A program made the position numbers and the translations under genes. A model generated the notes under the pieces. That model saw only the letters and a program-made list of their open reading frames with translations. It did not search any database and had not been told where the DNA came from. Positions 25,086-35,355 of a stretch of DNA of 64,000 nucleotides are shown piece by piece (position 1 is the first letter of the stretch; every line of letters begins with the position of its first letter). Location of the stretch: positions 80,600,001-80,664,000 of the forward strand of contig OZ336873.1 in NCBI GenBank assembly GCA_965287045.1, written 5' to 3'. This DNA is from Carcharhinus amblyrhynchos. Taxonomy: Eukaryota.

Positions 25086-25565
25086 TTCCACAATGTCCAC
25101 AGTCATGCACAATCCAGAAAGTCCCTGGGTAGCATGTTGAGACAGAGGCCAGAATTTTACCGTCCCACCCGCCACGGGAATTGGAGCAGACAGTGGGTGG
25201 ACCATGGAGGGTCCACTGACCTCGGGCAGGATTTTGTGGTTTCGGGATGAGAAAGGCTGTAAAACCCCACCTTGAAATTCAGACTGATTTTGTTCTCCTT
25301 CCTCAGTCTGGCTAAAGTCTCCTATCCTAGCAGAAATCCAGCCAACTCTGCAGCAACTAGGGATCAAAGTAGGGATTTTTCTGATCTGTGAAAGTTCGCT
25401 GCATGGTAACCTTTACCAAGAAGAGCCATCAGGAAAGCCCAGATAAGGCAGTTTTTTAAATAAATGAACAAGGTATTATAGGGGAAAATAATCCACAAAG
25501 ATTGTGGGACTCAATATTTTGTTTTGTGGTCGAATTAAGCCAGCCTTTATTTTTGTTCATTGCAG

Positions 25566-25727
25566 GGCTTCTCTGATCTCGTACTTGATAAATTCATTGA
25601 GACAGGAGTCAATGTCACTGGCTTCCAGCTTGTGAATTATGAGGATCCAATGGTGCAAAAATTCATGCAGAGGTGGACAAAGCTGGATCAGAGAGAGTAC
25701 CCTGGAACTGCTGCCAGCACATTAAAG
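25566..25727 (+). CDS. gria3: GluA3 coding exon (equivalent to exon 6), 162 nt, phase 0-0
   Basis: ttttgttcattgcAG|GGC...AAG|GTatgg; GFSDLVLDKFIETGVNVTGFQLVNYEDPMVQKFMQRWTKLDQREYPGTAASTLK; N-glycan sequon NVT; in frame with the previous exon. Confidence 0.92.
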
Positions 25728-26696
25728 GTATGGCCTTGACCCCGAAAAGTATTCAACCTTATCTAGCATTCGGCTGTGTTACAAATTCAATCGAGAGTAG
25801 GTCAGACTCCAAAATTAGAACACCTCGGGTATTTCAGGCTGTCTTATTAATGCTTAGAAGATCCACCCTATAAAGTAATTTGGACAGTTTTCTAAATCAG
25901 TACCAGAAATAAAACCTGTTCAAATGAATTACGACAACAGCTGCAACACGAATTTATACTGTGTACCTAATGTAACTTTAGTTAAACTATTACAAATAAT
26001 ATGGCATATATTCATTAGACAATGATCTCTATTTGGTGGTTCAATTCACAATAATTTGTGAATTATTAGGAGGGTTAATACTCTAGATCATTCTAGGGAT
26101 CATACTTGTTGGTGTGTTTCTCCTGTCCTTTAAACACTGGCTGACATCAGGCTCCCAGTCTCCTGGATCTTCTCCAGACTCTCACTCCACTCTCAGTCTC
26201 CATTAATATTTTTAAGGTTCCAGTCATCTCCAGCTTTTTGGTTTTCTATTTCCTTTCTTTGTGGCTTTGGCCTCTATTCCTTAGGCAGAATCCTGTTGAG
26301 GTGCCAAGGGGTCAGGGGTCCTGCCTGCTGACAGGAAAGTTAGCAAGAGGCCCACACTGCCACTCTTTGGGAAGGCCCACTGAACCACATGCCAATCAGG
26401 TTTTGACGAGACCAGCAGCATGCCTTCCCCTGCAATCAAGGTGCAGGAGGGCAGTAGCTTCACCTATTGGCAGCTGCCAACCAGTCAGAGGCTGGAAGCT
26501 CTTATGCTCAGCAGAATTGCTGGAAAGTTGCAGTTGGAAGCAATGCTACGATTGCTGGGTCATCCAGGCCACAGGTAAGGAATGTAGAGGGAGGTTCACC
26601 AAGGTGGTGAGTGGCATGTATGAGGGTCTGCAACAAGCGCAGAGGCTGGTATCTATCAGCAGCACCCCCCAGCCCTCCCAAAGTCCAGTCTCTTGA

Positions 26697-27010
26697 TCAT
26701 AGTCTCCCTACATTGCAGAAGGAGAACATTCGGTCCATCAAACCTGCACCAACAACAGTCCCACCCAGGCCCTCACTCTCTATAAATCCACATACTTACC
26801 CCATAGTCCCCTGACACTAAGGAGCAATTTAGCATGGCCAATAAAGCTAACCCACACATCTTTGGACTGTGGGAGGAAATGGGAGCACCTGGAGGAAACC
26901 ACACAGACATGGGGAGAACCTGCAAACTCTACACAGATAGTGATCCATGCTGGAAACTGAGCCTGGGTCTCTGGTGCTGTGAGGCAGCAGTGCTAACCAG
27001 TATACCACCC
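26697..27010 (-). mobile_element. HE1/V-type SINE, tail A
   Basis: Reverse copy with head, V-domain and tail. Confidence 0.85.
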
Positions 27011-27664
27011 CAGAGGTAGTATGTGCCTCTGATCTAGGGATCCCTACCCACCCCTCAAATGGCAGAGGTGACAAGCTGGTTGCACATTTGAACATGCTGT
27101 GCATGCCACATTGTGACAGAGCTGCCTGAAGGAAAGTTAATAACCAGTAGTGGCAGGATGAGGCCCTTAAGTGATCATTAATTGACCACCTAAAGGCTCC
27201 ATTTGGTGGCGGGTTGGGAAGGTTGACCTTGGAGGGGCCTTCCTGCCCAGAACGCAATTCTTCTAGTATGCCACTGTCTCTTCCCACAGGTTCCAATCTC
27301 ATCACCAAGAAAAGGACAGCTTCCAGCCAAGACTGTATGAAGTGATGGCAACTCATCAAACAGTTAACACATATCAAATTTCCATTTTTTTCTGGGGGCT
27401 ACAAGACAGGGCTCATTGTTTCTCCTCCTTGCATTGCATTCTGTAACCTCATTATGCTGTTCTACAAAGTACCATTAGATGATGTACCCTGCTATGTGAG
27501 AGAATGTTCCACAAATGAGGTTACTGTTACACTCTACTTACTTTGTTACAATGGACCCTGAACTCAGCCTCACCAGTCTGTCTCATTGATTCCAAAGTGC
27601 AGCAGCATTGTCCCAGCAGCTAACTTTGAGGTCAGAAGACAACATTAAGAGCAGAGCAAATTAA

Positions 27665-27800
27665 TACAAAGCGAAAACGGGTGCTGGAAATACTCAGCAG
27701 GTCAGGCAGCATCTGTGGAGGAAGAAACAGATCAATGCTTCAGAACTGTGACCTTTTGCCAGAACAGTTCTGATGAAAGATCAGTGACCTGAAATGTTGG
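27665..27800 (-). mobile_element. Penelope-like family B pLTR with decayed fold-back
   Basis: GCTGGAAATACTCAGCAGGTCAGGCAGCATCTGTGG...TGACCTTT..CAGAAC, then inverted GTTCTGATGAAAGATCAGTGACCTGAAATGTT (hammerhead core on +). Confidence 0.6.
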
Positions 27801-28084
27801 GCCCAATCTTACTGCCTTTGAAGAGTTTCTGAGCTTGTGTCAAAATCAGGTCCCAACATAACTTGTCAAGCCTATCCACCTGCTTGCGCAATATTAATTA
27901 ATTGGCAACCAAGTAAGAGGCCACCTCTGGAATCAGCATCCAATAAAGGACAGTTGGTGGTCAGACCTGCCCACTGGTAGGGCCCACAGCAATGTTCTAC
28001 TGGCAACAGGGGAAGATAATAGTGAAGAGCCAATATTATTGGAGTAGCATCATCCACAGGTCATCCAGGCCACAGGTAAAGAAT

Positions 28085-28452
28085 GCTCTGGGGAGATGGG
28101 TTCAAATCTCACTTTGATACTGGTTGAATTTAGATTCTATTGGGAGAATTTTACCATCTCGCCCGCCACAGGAATCAGAACAGTCGATGGGCAGACCATG
28201 GAAAAATCAGTTGACCTCAGGTGGGATTTTCTGGTTTCAGGGTGAGCGTGGCCAGAAAATCCCACCCAATTGAGCAGGTCTGCAAGTGAAAGCTAATCTC
28301 AGTAATGATGATGATGAAGCTGCCATTGATTGTTGTAAAAACCCAATTGTTCACTAATGCCCCTTTAGGGAAAGTAACATGCCATCCTTACCTGGTCTAG
28401 CCTACATGTGACTCCAGACCCACAGCAATGTGATTGACTGTTAACTGCCCTC
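28085..28452 (+). mobile_element. tRNA SINE type C interrupted by a MITE (28142-28268)
   Basis: GGGTTCAAATC B-box and ...CCTACATGTGACTCCAGACCCACAGCAATG... Confidence 0.65.
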
Positions 28453-29711
28453 TCCGCATTCCCCCTCTCCCTGCACATGATGACTAGCAAAGTGGCTCCT
28501 TGAGTAGGAAAAATACAGGAGTACTTGGAAGTGCATGATAAAATAGGACTGAGTCAGCACGGCTTCATCAAGGGGAGGTCATGTCTGACAAATCTGTTAG
28601 GATTCTTTGAGGAGGTAACAAGGAAGGATGTGATTTATTTAGATTTCTAGAAGGCCTTTGACAAGGTGCTGCATTGGAGACTGTTAAATAAGAGTCCCTG
28701 CTGTTACAGGTCAGATCCCAGCATGGATAGAGGATTGGCTGACAGGCAGAAAAGGAGATAGAGGGCTCTTTTATCAGTGTAGCAGCTGGTGACTCGCGGT
28801 GCGCCTCAGGGGTTGATACTGGGACCACATCATTTCACAATATACATTAAGGACTTGGAAGGAGGAACTAAATTTGTTACTAAATTTGCAGATGATACAA
28901 AGATATGTAGAGAGACGGTTGTATTAAGGAAGCAGGGGAGGGCTGCAGACAGGTTAGGAGAGTGGTCAAAAAAGTGGCAGAAGGAATTCAATGTGGAAAA
29001 GTGTGAGTTATGCACTTTGGAAGGAGGAATGGAGGCATAGACTATTTTCTAAATGGGAAAATGCTTAGGAAATCAGAAGCACAAAGGGACTTGGGAGTCC
29101 TTGTTTAAGATTCTGTTCAGGTTAATGTGCAGGTTCAGTTGGCAGTTAGGAAGGTAAATGCAATATTAGCATTCATGTCGAGAGGGCTACAATACAAGAG
29201 CAGGGATGTACTTCTGAGGCTGTATAAAGCTCTGGTCAGACCCCATTTGAAGGATTGTGAGCAGTTTTGGGCCTAAGAAAGGATGTGCTCATCTTGGAAA
29301 GTGTCCAGAGGAGGGTCACAAGAATGATCCCTGGAATGATGAGCTTGTCACATGATTAATAATTGAGGACTCTGGATCTGTACTCGTTGGAGTTAAGAAG
29401 GGTGAGGGGGGATCTTATTGAAACTTGTAGGATACTGCGAGACCTGAGTAGAGTGGACTTGCAGAGGATGTTTCCACCAGTAGGAAAAACTAGAACCAGA
29501 GGGCACAATCTCAGGCTAAAGGGACGGTCCTTTAAAACTGTAACTCCAGAAGCGAAAGTCCCGTCACCAAGTTACTCTACTTACACCACACATTTGTACT
29601 TGGCCAGCTAACCAGTTGCTCCCTGCTGAATGCAGGTTGGGAGTCTGACACACAAATAGGGAGTATAAGTCTCCCTGATTTTAACCATCAAAAGAGATAC
29701 TTCATCAGGTA

Positions 29712-30290
29712 TCTCTTTTGAATACCAAGCAAATAAACTAACTCAAACTAACTGAAAGACAAATTAAAAGGGGCAACTCCCCAAAAGAAGGGGGAACAGC
29801 CCAAACAAAAAACAAAGTTGAAAGGAAACTTAAAACATCAAATCAAAAGGTGATTTCAGGATCGATAATACACCCCAGCCCCTGTGGTGCCCAACGGGCA
29901 TGGAAGGCATCAACTGTGCCTGTGGACACCGCATGCTCCCTCTCCAGGGACACCTGGCCGCGAATGTAGCCACAGTAGAGGGGCAGACAGTCAGAATGGA
30001 CGACCCTGTCGATTGCCCGCCGCCTGGACCTGTTGATGACACAACTCACCAGGCTCAGGAGCAAGTTCGTGAGGAGGTCGTCCTCCCTACCCACCCCTGC
30101 TCTGCATCAGGCACCTGTAGATCAGGAGTGTGGGGCTGAAGTGCAAACAAAACATCAGTAAAAGTTTTTCAGGAAACTGAAAAGGGTGTGCAACCTCAGA
30201 CGTAAAACATAGACATGGTCCACGGATTCCACAAGACCACAAAAATGCAAGCTTGTGAGTCCGTGAACCGAAGGAACTTATGGTTGTACG
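29712..30290 (-). mobile_element. Tx1-clade (L1 group) LINE 3' fragment
   Basis: CIF/CGLVESVDHVY zinc-knuckle remnant and GREDDLLTNLLL...DCLPLYCGYIRGQVSLEREHAVSTGTVDAFHARWAPQGL; T-rich 3' UTR ending ...TTCAAAAGAGA. Confidence 0.75.
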
Positions 30291-30308
30291 GGAAAGACTC
30301 ATCAGGTA

Positions 30309-30351
30309 TCTTTTTTCATACCAACCAAATAAACAAACTCAAATTAACTTA
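30309..30351 (-). mobile_element. Second Tx1 3'-terminal stub (~43 nt)
   Basis: TCTTTTTTCATACCAACCAAATAAACAAACTCAAATTAAC aligns with 29712-29752; bracketed by ACTCATCAGGTA. Confidence 0.65.
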
Positions 30352-30994
30352 GGGAAAAGGACTCATCAGGTACTTTATAATCTTGCAAGCCAACCTCATT
30401 AACCTGGCTGAAGCCATAACAAAAACAGAGATAAGGAGGAATTTTTTTCAGCCAGAGTGGTGAATCTGTGGAACTCTTTACTGCAGAAGGCTGTGGAGGC
30501 CAGGTCATTGAGTGTCTTTAAGACAGAGATAGACAGGTTCTTGATTGATAAGGAGATCAGGGGTTATGGGGAAGAGGCAGGAAAATGGGGAGAAGAAAAG
30601 TATCAGCCATGATTGAATGGCAGGGCAGACTTGATGGGCCAAGTGGCCTAATTCTGCTCCTATGTCTTATGGTCTTAAGGTCTCATGGACTCACTGTCCA
30701 AGAAAGTACCCCCCTGTCTCCCTGCCCCCCACCTCTCGTCACCCACCATCATCTGCTGCAGGGAAGTCATCTCCAGAGACCTCTTGAATTTTGTCCAAAT
30801 CATGGGGCCTGTCCACAGTAACAGTAAGACCCAGGTGTTGTCCCCAGGTGGCCAGTTAATGGCCACCAATAGGCTACCACCCACTGCCGGGTAGGTAGCC
30901 ACTTCCATTGCTCATCCTCATCTGGCAAGGATGCTCAGATACAGAAACCCATCACTGATACCACCCTTTTGTATTTCCTGCCAGTCACACTTAA

Positions 30995-31064
30995 AGCTGT
31001 CTCTTTCTCTCTCCAAAGATACTGCCGGACCTGCTGAGTATTTCCAGAATTCTCCTGTTTTTTT
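30995..31064 (+). mobile_element. Penelope-like family B pLTR stub
   Basis: TCTCTCTCCAAAGATACTGCCGGACCTGCTGAGTATTTCCAG. Confidence 0.55.
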
Positions 31065-31730
31065 ACAGTCGTAAGAACATCCATTTTGCTCTGATGTTAA
31101 GATTCCATAATTCACTTTGAAAGTTTCCAGGAGTTTTGAAGAAGTAGAACGATCGGAATTACAGTAGAAAAGTAAGACGTGCAGCCCACATCATCCATGC
31201 TATTGCTGCCAAGCATTTGTGAAATGTATTTCTTGTCAGACTGGAGGTAAACAGTGGCTGGCAGATAATGAAAGCAGCATGACATGACCCCAAGGTAGAT
31301 GCTAACACCACTTGTACTCTCATGGATTTATGTCTGCATATCAAGAAGAGACACAACAGTACAGCTATCTTTCACACCAATGCACCCAATGTGAAGTGCT
31401 GTAAAACTGCAGTTTGGGGTAAATGTTTCTTCTTGACAATACTTCTGCCTATCAGTGTGGGAGTGGATTGAGGAAATGGCATTCTGACTGTATATTGGCT
31501 AGAAAGTCCTCTGATTCAAACCATTGATTTCCCGCTGATCAAAGATTGCTTAATAGAAAACAGGAAAAGTTAAACATAGAAAATTGTGCCTAAAATGTAA
31601 AGTCTAAAATGTGAGTGATCTGCTATCATCGACCTATTATGGTCTGACCCAGCTGCCTGGAATAAACTCTTGCCCACAGGAGGGCTTGCAACGTGGGCTA
31701 ATGTTGGGTGGATGCCAGTCTCTCTCATCC

Positions 31731-32172
31731 ATGTGGGTATGCCGGCGTTGGACTGGCGTAAACACAGTAAAAAGTCTGACAACACCAGGTTTTAGTCCAA
31801 CCTATTTATTTGATAATATACTCACAAGCTTTTGAGGGGACTGCCTCTTCGTCAGGTGAATGGAGAGTTCTGGCCTCAGACAGAGCATATAAAGCACAGA
31901 CAGTTTAGAGATTGCTGATTAAAATGCGAATCCTTACACCTAACCTGCTGTTCCACTCACATTATCAGCCACTTCAGGTCTTGAACAGCAGGTTAGGTGT
32001 AAGGATTCGCATTTTAATCAGCAATCTCTAAACTGTCTGTGCTTTATATGCTCTGTCTGAGGCCAGAACTCTCCATTCACCTGACGAAGAGGCAGTCCCC
32101 TCGAAAGCTTGTGAGTATATTATCAAATAAATAGGTTGGACTAAAACCTGGTGTTGTCAGACTTTTTACTGT
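31731..32172 (-). mobile_element. Penelope-like family A fold-back insertion, copy 2 (190-bp inverted pLTR arms)
   Basis: Arms 31764-31953 and 31983-32172 match at 189/190; 29-nt spacer; tail 31731-31763; duplication TCTCTCATCCATG at 31721-31733 and 32172-32184. Confidence 0.9.
32075..32116 (+). ncRNA. Minimal type I hammerhead ribozyme motif of Penelope type
   Basis: Stem I ATTCAC/GTGAGT; CTGACGA 32081-32087; stem II GAGG/CCTC; GAAA 32103-32106; palindromic AGCT helix III; predicted cut after 32110. Activity not shown. Confidence 0.75.
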
Positions 32173-32189
32173 CTCTCATCCATGCAGAG

Positions 32190-32712
32190 ATATACACGTA
32201 CACCCACACAAACCCACCCCATACACACTACCCTGCAGATACACCACACACCCCCCCCCCCGCCCCACACACGCAAGCACACAACCCCTCCCACACACTG
32301 CACCCACATTACCACCCCCACACACACCACAACCCCACTCATACCAGATTCCCCACATACACCGCACTCTCCACACACCTGACCCCCCCCCCCCCCCCCC
32401 CACAACCTCATAACCCCAACTCCTGCACACAGCACATCTCAGACACACACACACCCTCCCTCCACACTACCCTCCATACGGACCACACCCATACACACCC
32501 CCCCCAACCCCATACACACACAGTACTGGCCCCATTAACAATCACACACACACTCCCTCCCACACAAGCACCTCACACACACACACACACTGTCCCCCAC
32601 ACAGACCACATCTCCGTATATGCCAGACTCCCCACAAATACTGAATCCTCCCACACAACCCCATCCCCTGCACCCACCACATCCCACACACACATCCCCC
32701 ATCACACCCACA
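32190..32712. repeat. CA/C-rich low-complexity tract
   Basis: Degenerate (CA)n with poly-C runs. Confidence 0.9.
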
Positions 32713-32715
32713 TCA

Positions 32716-33066
32716 GGGAGGCGATAGCCTAGTGGTATTATCACTAGACTATTAATCCTGAAACTCCACCAATGTTCTGGGGACCTGGGTTCAAATCCCA
32801 CTACAGCAGTTGGTGGAATTTGAATTCATCAAAAAATATCTGGAATTAAGAATCTACTGTTGACCATTTATGATTGTTGGAGAAACCCATCAGTTTCATT
32901 AATGCCCTTTAGAGCAGGAAATCAGCCATTTTTGTCTGGTCAGCCCTACATGTGATTCCAGTGCCACAGCATTGTAGTTGAAGCTCAACTGCCCTTGGGA
33001 AACTGGGAATGGGCAATAAACATTGGCCAGCCAGCGATGCCCATGTCCCTCAAACAAATAAAAAAA
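32716..33066 (+). mobile_element. tRNA SINE type C (full length, Zenon-like LINE tail)
   Basis: A-box TAGCCTAGTGG, B-box GGTTCAAATCC, tail GGGCAATAAACATTGGCCAGCCAGCGATGCCCATGTCCC. Confidence 0.85.
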
Positions 33067-33202
33067 CACACACGCAAAATTATTATCTCTTCCATTATTA
33101 TTGTTTATTTGTGATTGACTGTTTTATCTATTGCTCAAAATCAATAAGGTTCTTGCAATTTTGAGGCCAAGCTTTCACAATTTTATTAAGTATGAAATAT
33201 TG

Positions 33203-33645
33203 AAGGTGGCGCAGTGGTTAGCACTGCTGCTTCACAGTGTCAGGGACCTGGGTTCAATTCCAGCCTCGGGTCCCTGTCTGTGTGGAGTTCTCCCTGTATC
33301 TGCGTGGGTTGCCTCTGGGTGCTCCAGTTTCCTCTTACAGTGCAAAGGTGTGAAGGTTAGGTTGATTGGCCATGCTAGGTTGCACCTTAGTGTACATTAG
33401 ATGGATTATTATTATTATTTATTTATTCATCACAAGTGGGCTTACATTAACAATGCAATGAAGTTACTGTGGAAATCCCCTAGTCACCGCATTCCGGCAC
33501 CTATTTGGGTACACTGAGGGAGAATGGGAAATGTGTCGTTATGGGGATAGGTTAGGAGGAAGGGCCTGTGTAAGTTACTCTGTCAGAGAATTGGTGCAGA
33601 CTCAAAGGCCCAAATAGCCTCCTTCTACATTGTAGTGGTTCTGTG
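33203..33645 (+). mobile_element. HE1/V-type SINE (tail A) containing an inverted tail-B fragment (33405-33525)
   Basis: Head and V-domain, then (TAT)n-TCACAAGTGGGCTTACATTAAC...GAGGGAGAAT, then tail A resumes. Confidence 0.75.
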
Positions 33646-34493
33646 ACATGCAGTAGTGTTCAGCATACACTTAGAATATTACAATGCCTGGCTGCTGGGT
33701 ACTTTAAACACTTCATAATTTTAAGCTCAGGATTTAAATTGGTCGATTTATTTTGACTCAAAATCCTCATTATAAGTTGCATTTTTTTTATTCTTTTACC
33801 ACTCCCAGACAATGTGCACATATCTATCTTGCATAATTACATAAAACAGCAAAAACAACTCCATTCAAAGACAAATTAGTTGAATCTGTACCTGTCCATG
33901 AATTCAGTGCATACCAACTAGATCTTCTTTCACTGGACTACTGAGACCTTTCTTTGTTACTTTAACATGAATCTCTCTCATGTTACATATAATTATTATT
34001 CTACCAAGTGAAACTTTTAATTAATGCTGCCTGCTTTTGATTTTGTGAACGGTTCAGCTCTTTAATATAGAATCATCTGGTGGTGATGACAAAACTCCTC
34101 CAAAGTTTCATATTGACGAACATTATTATAGAAAGTGTCTTCACAATCGGTGCTATCCCATTAAAGTTTGCTTTGCAGCACAGAACACAAGCCAGACAGC
34201 TCCGTGGTTGTTTTAAGGTTCATTAGCAGTGGGACTGAGGCAAATCACCAGGATTTGTCCTGAGGGTCATCCATTTCCTTTTTGCTTTAAAATGTCCAAC
34301 GTTGACTGAACTGAAGTAGTCTAACATTTCCATGTCCCACTACCTCATGGTTTTCTGGTATCTCACCCAATGTGTTACCCACTGATTTATTTTTGAAAGA
34401 CCTTTTGCCCACTGCCAGGATCATGTGAGCATATGCAAAAACTCATTCATGTTGCAGTAATGTCCTGAGAAACAGACTCTGAATAAAACTGTT

Positions 34494-34625
34494 AAACAGA
34501 ATACTGCCTATGCTGGAAATCTGAAATAAAAATCAGAAAATGCTGGAAATACTCAGCTGGTCAGACAGCATCTCTGGAGAGAGAAACAGAGTTACCTTTT
34601 CAGGTTGCTGACCTTACATCAGTTT
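34494..34625 (-). mobile_element. Penelope-like family B pLTR remnant
   Basis: Tail and decayed hammerhead (minus: CTGATGTAAGGTCAGCAACCTGAAA). Confidence 0.6.
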
Positions 34626-35253
34626 GAGGTTCCAAGGGGATAGGGGTTGATCAGGCACCTTATGGAGGGGTGGGCAGTGAGTTGTAAGAGACTGGTTGGT
34701 GGTGGACAGACAAAGTGGTGTCTCATCTTGTGAAGGCTGCCCACACAGGAGGTGCTCTCTCCCTCCCCTTCACCCCATCTGTGCTGGAAGAGCTGTTGAG
34801 CAATGTTTGTTTGCTTCTGCCCTCTTCCTCAGACCAAAGAATAGTGACAGAGATCAAATAAGACTCTTAAGTGCCAGTGATTTGTCCACTTCCGGGTCTT
34901 AATAGGCGTAATGGGGCATGTGGGTTGTCTAATGCCGATCCACCCTCCCATAACATAGGAGACAGGTCAGGAGTGAGCAGAAAGACAGGTTCATTTCTCC
35001 CCATTGTTTTGAGTCATAATGTCCTATGTCCCTCAGTCTTCCGAGAATTCCCAAACCCGACTTTCGGCAGCAAGATCACTGATTTCTTCTCCTAGTCTGG
35101 CCAGGAAAAATTGACCTTAAATCTAAGCAGCTTTAGCCTCTTCCTCCCGAGGACGTGCTCCCACCAGCATTCTGCCTGGTATGCAACAGAGCACAGCCTT
35201 TTCTTCTGAAATCTACAACTACATCTCTTTCCATCTATGGCCAGGGTTTCTGA

Positions 35254-35355
35254 TGTGGGTATGCCGGCGTTGGACTGGCGTAAACACAGTAAAAAGTCTG
35301 ACAACACCAGGTTTTAGTCCAACCTATCTAAAACCTGGTGTTGTCAGACTTTTTA
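35254..35355 (-). mobile_element. Penelope-like family A fold-back insertion, copy 3 (29-bp arms)
   Basis: Arms 35289-35317 and 35328-35356, 10-nt loop; duplication CAGGGTTTCTGA at 35242-35253 and 35356-35367. Confidence 0.85.

Larger units (their letters stand above)
29539..30421 (-). mobile_element. Solo LTR (TG...CA) carrying Tx1 insertions
   Basis: Starts TGTAAC, ends ATAACA; 5-bp TSD AAAAC at 29534-29538 and 30422-30426; strand tentative. Confidence 0.7.
28495..30676 (+). mobile_element. CR1 LINE ORF2 3' portion, split at 29538/30427 by nested insertions
   Basis: SQHGFIKGRSCLTNL, GAPQGLILGP, KFADDTK; FKT|EIRRN restored across the AAAAC duplication; TATGTCTTATGGTCTT tail. Confidence 0.9.

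Noticed and set aside
29701-30372. CTGATGA (minus strand) in the Tx1 target motif as hammerhead cores
   Set aside because: No stem II followed by GAAA and helix III downstream.
32151-32732. 193-aa His/Thr/Pro-rich ORF and overlapping antisense ORFs
   Set aside because: Open only because the CA/C-rich tract lacks stops.
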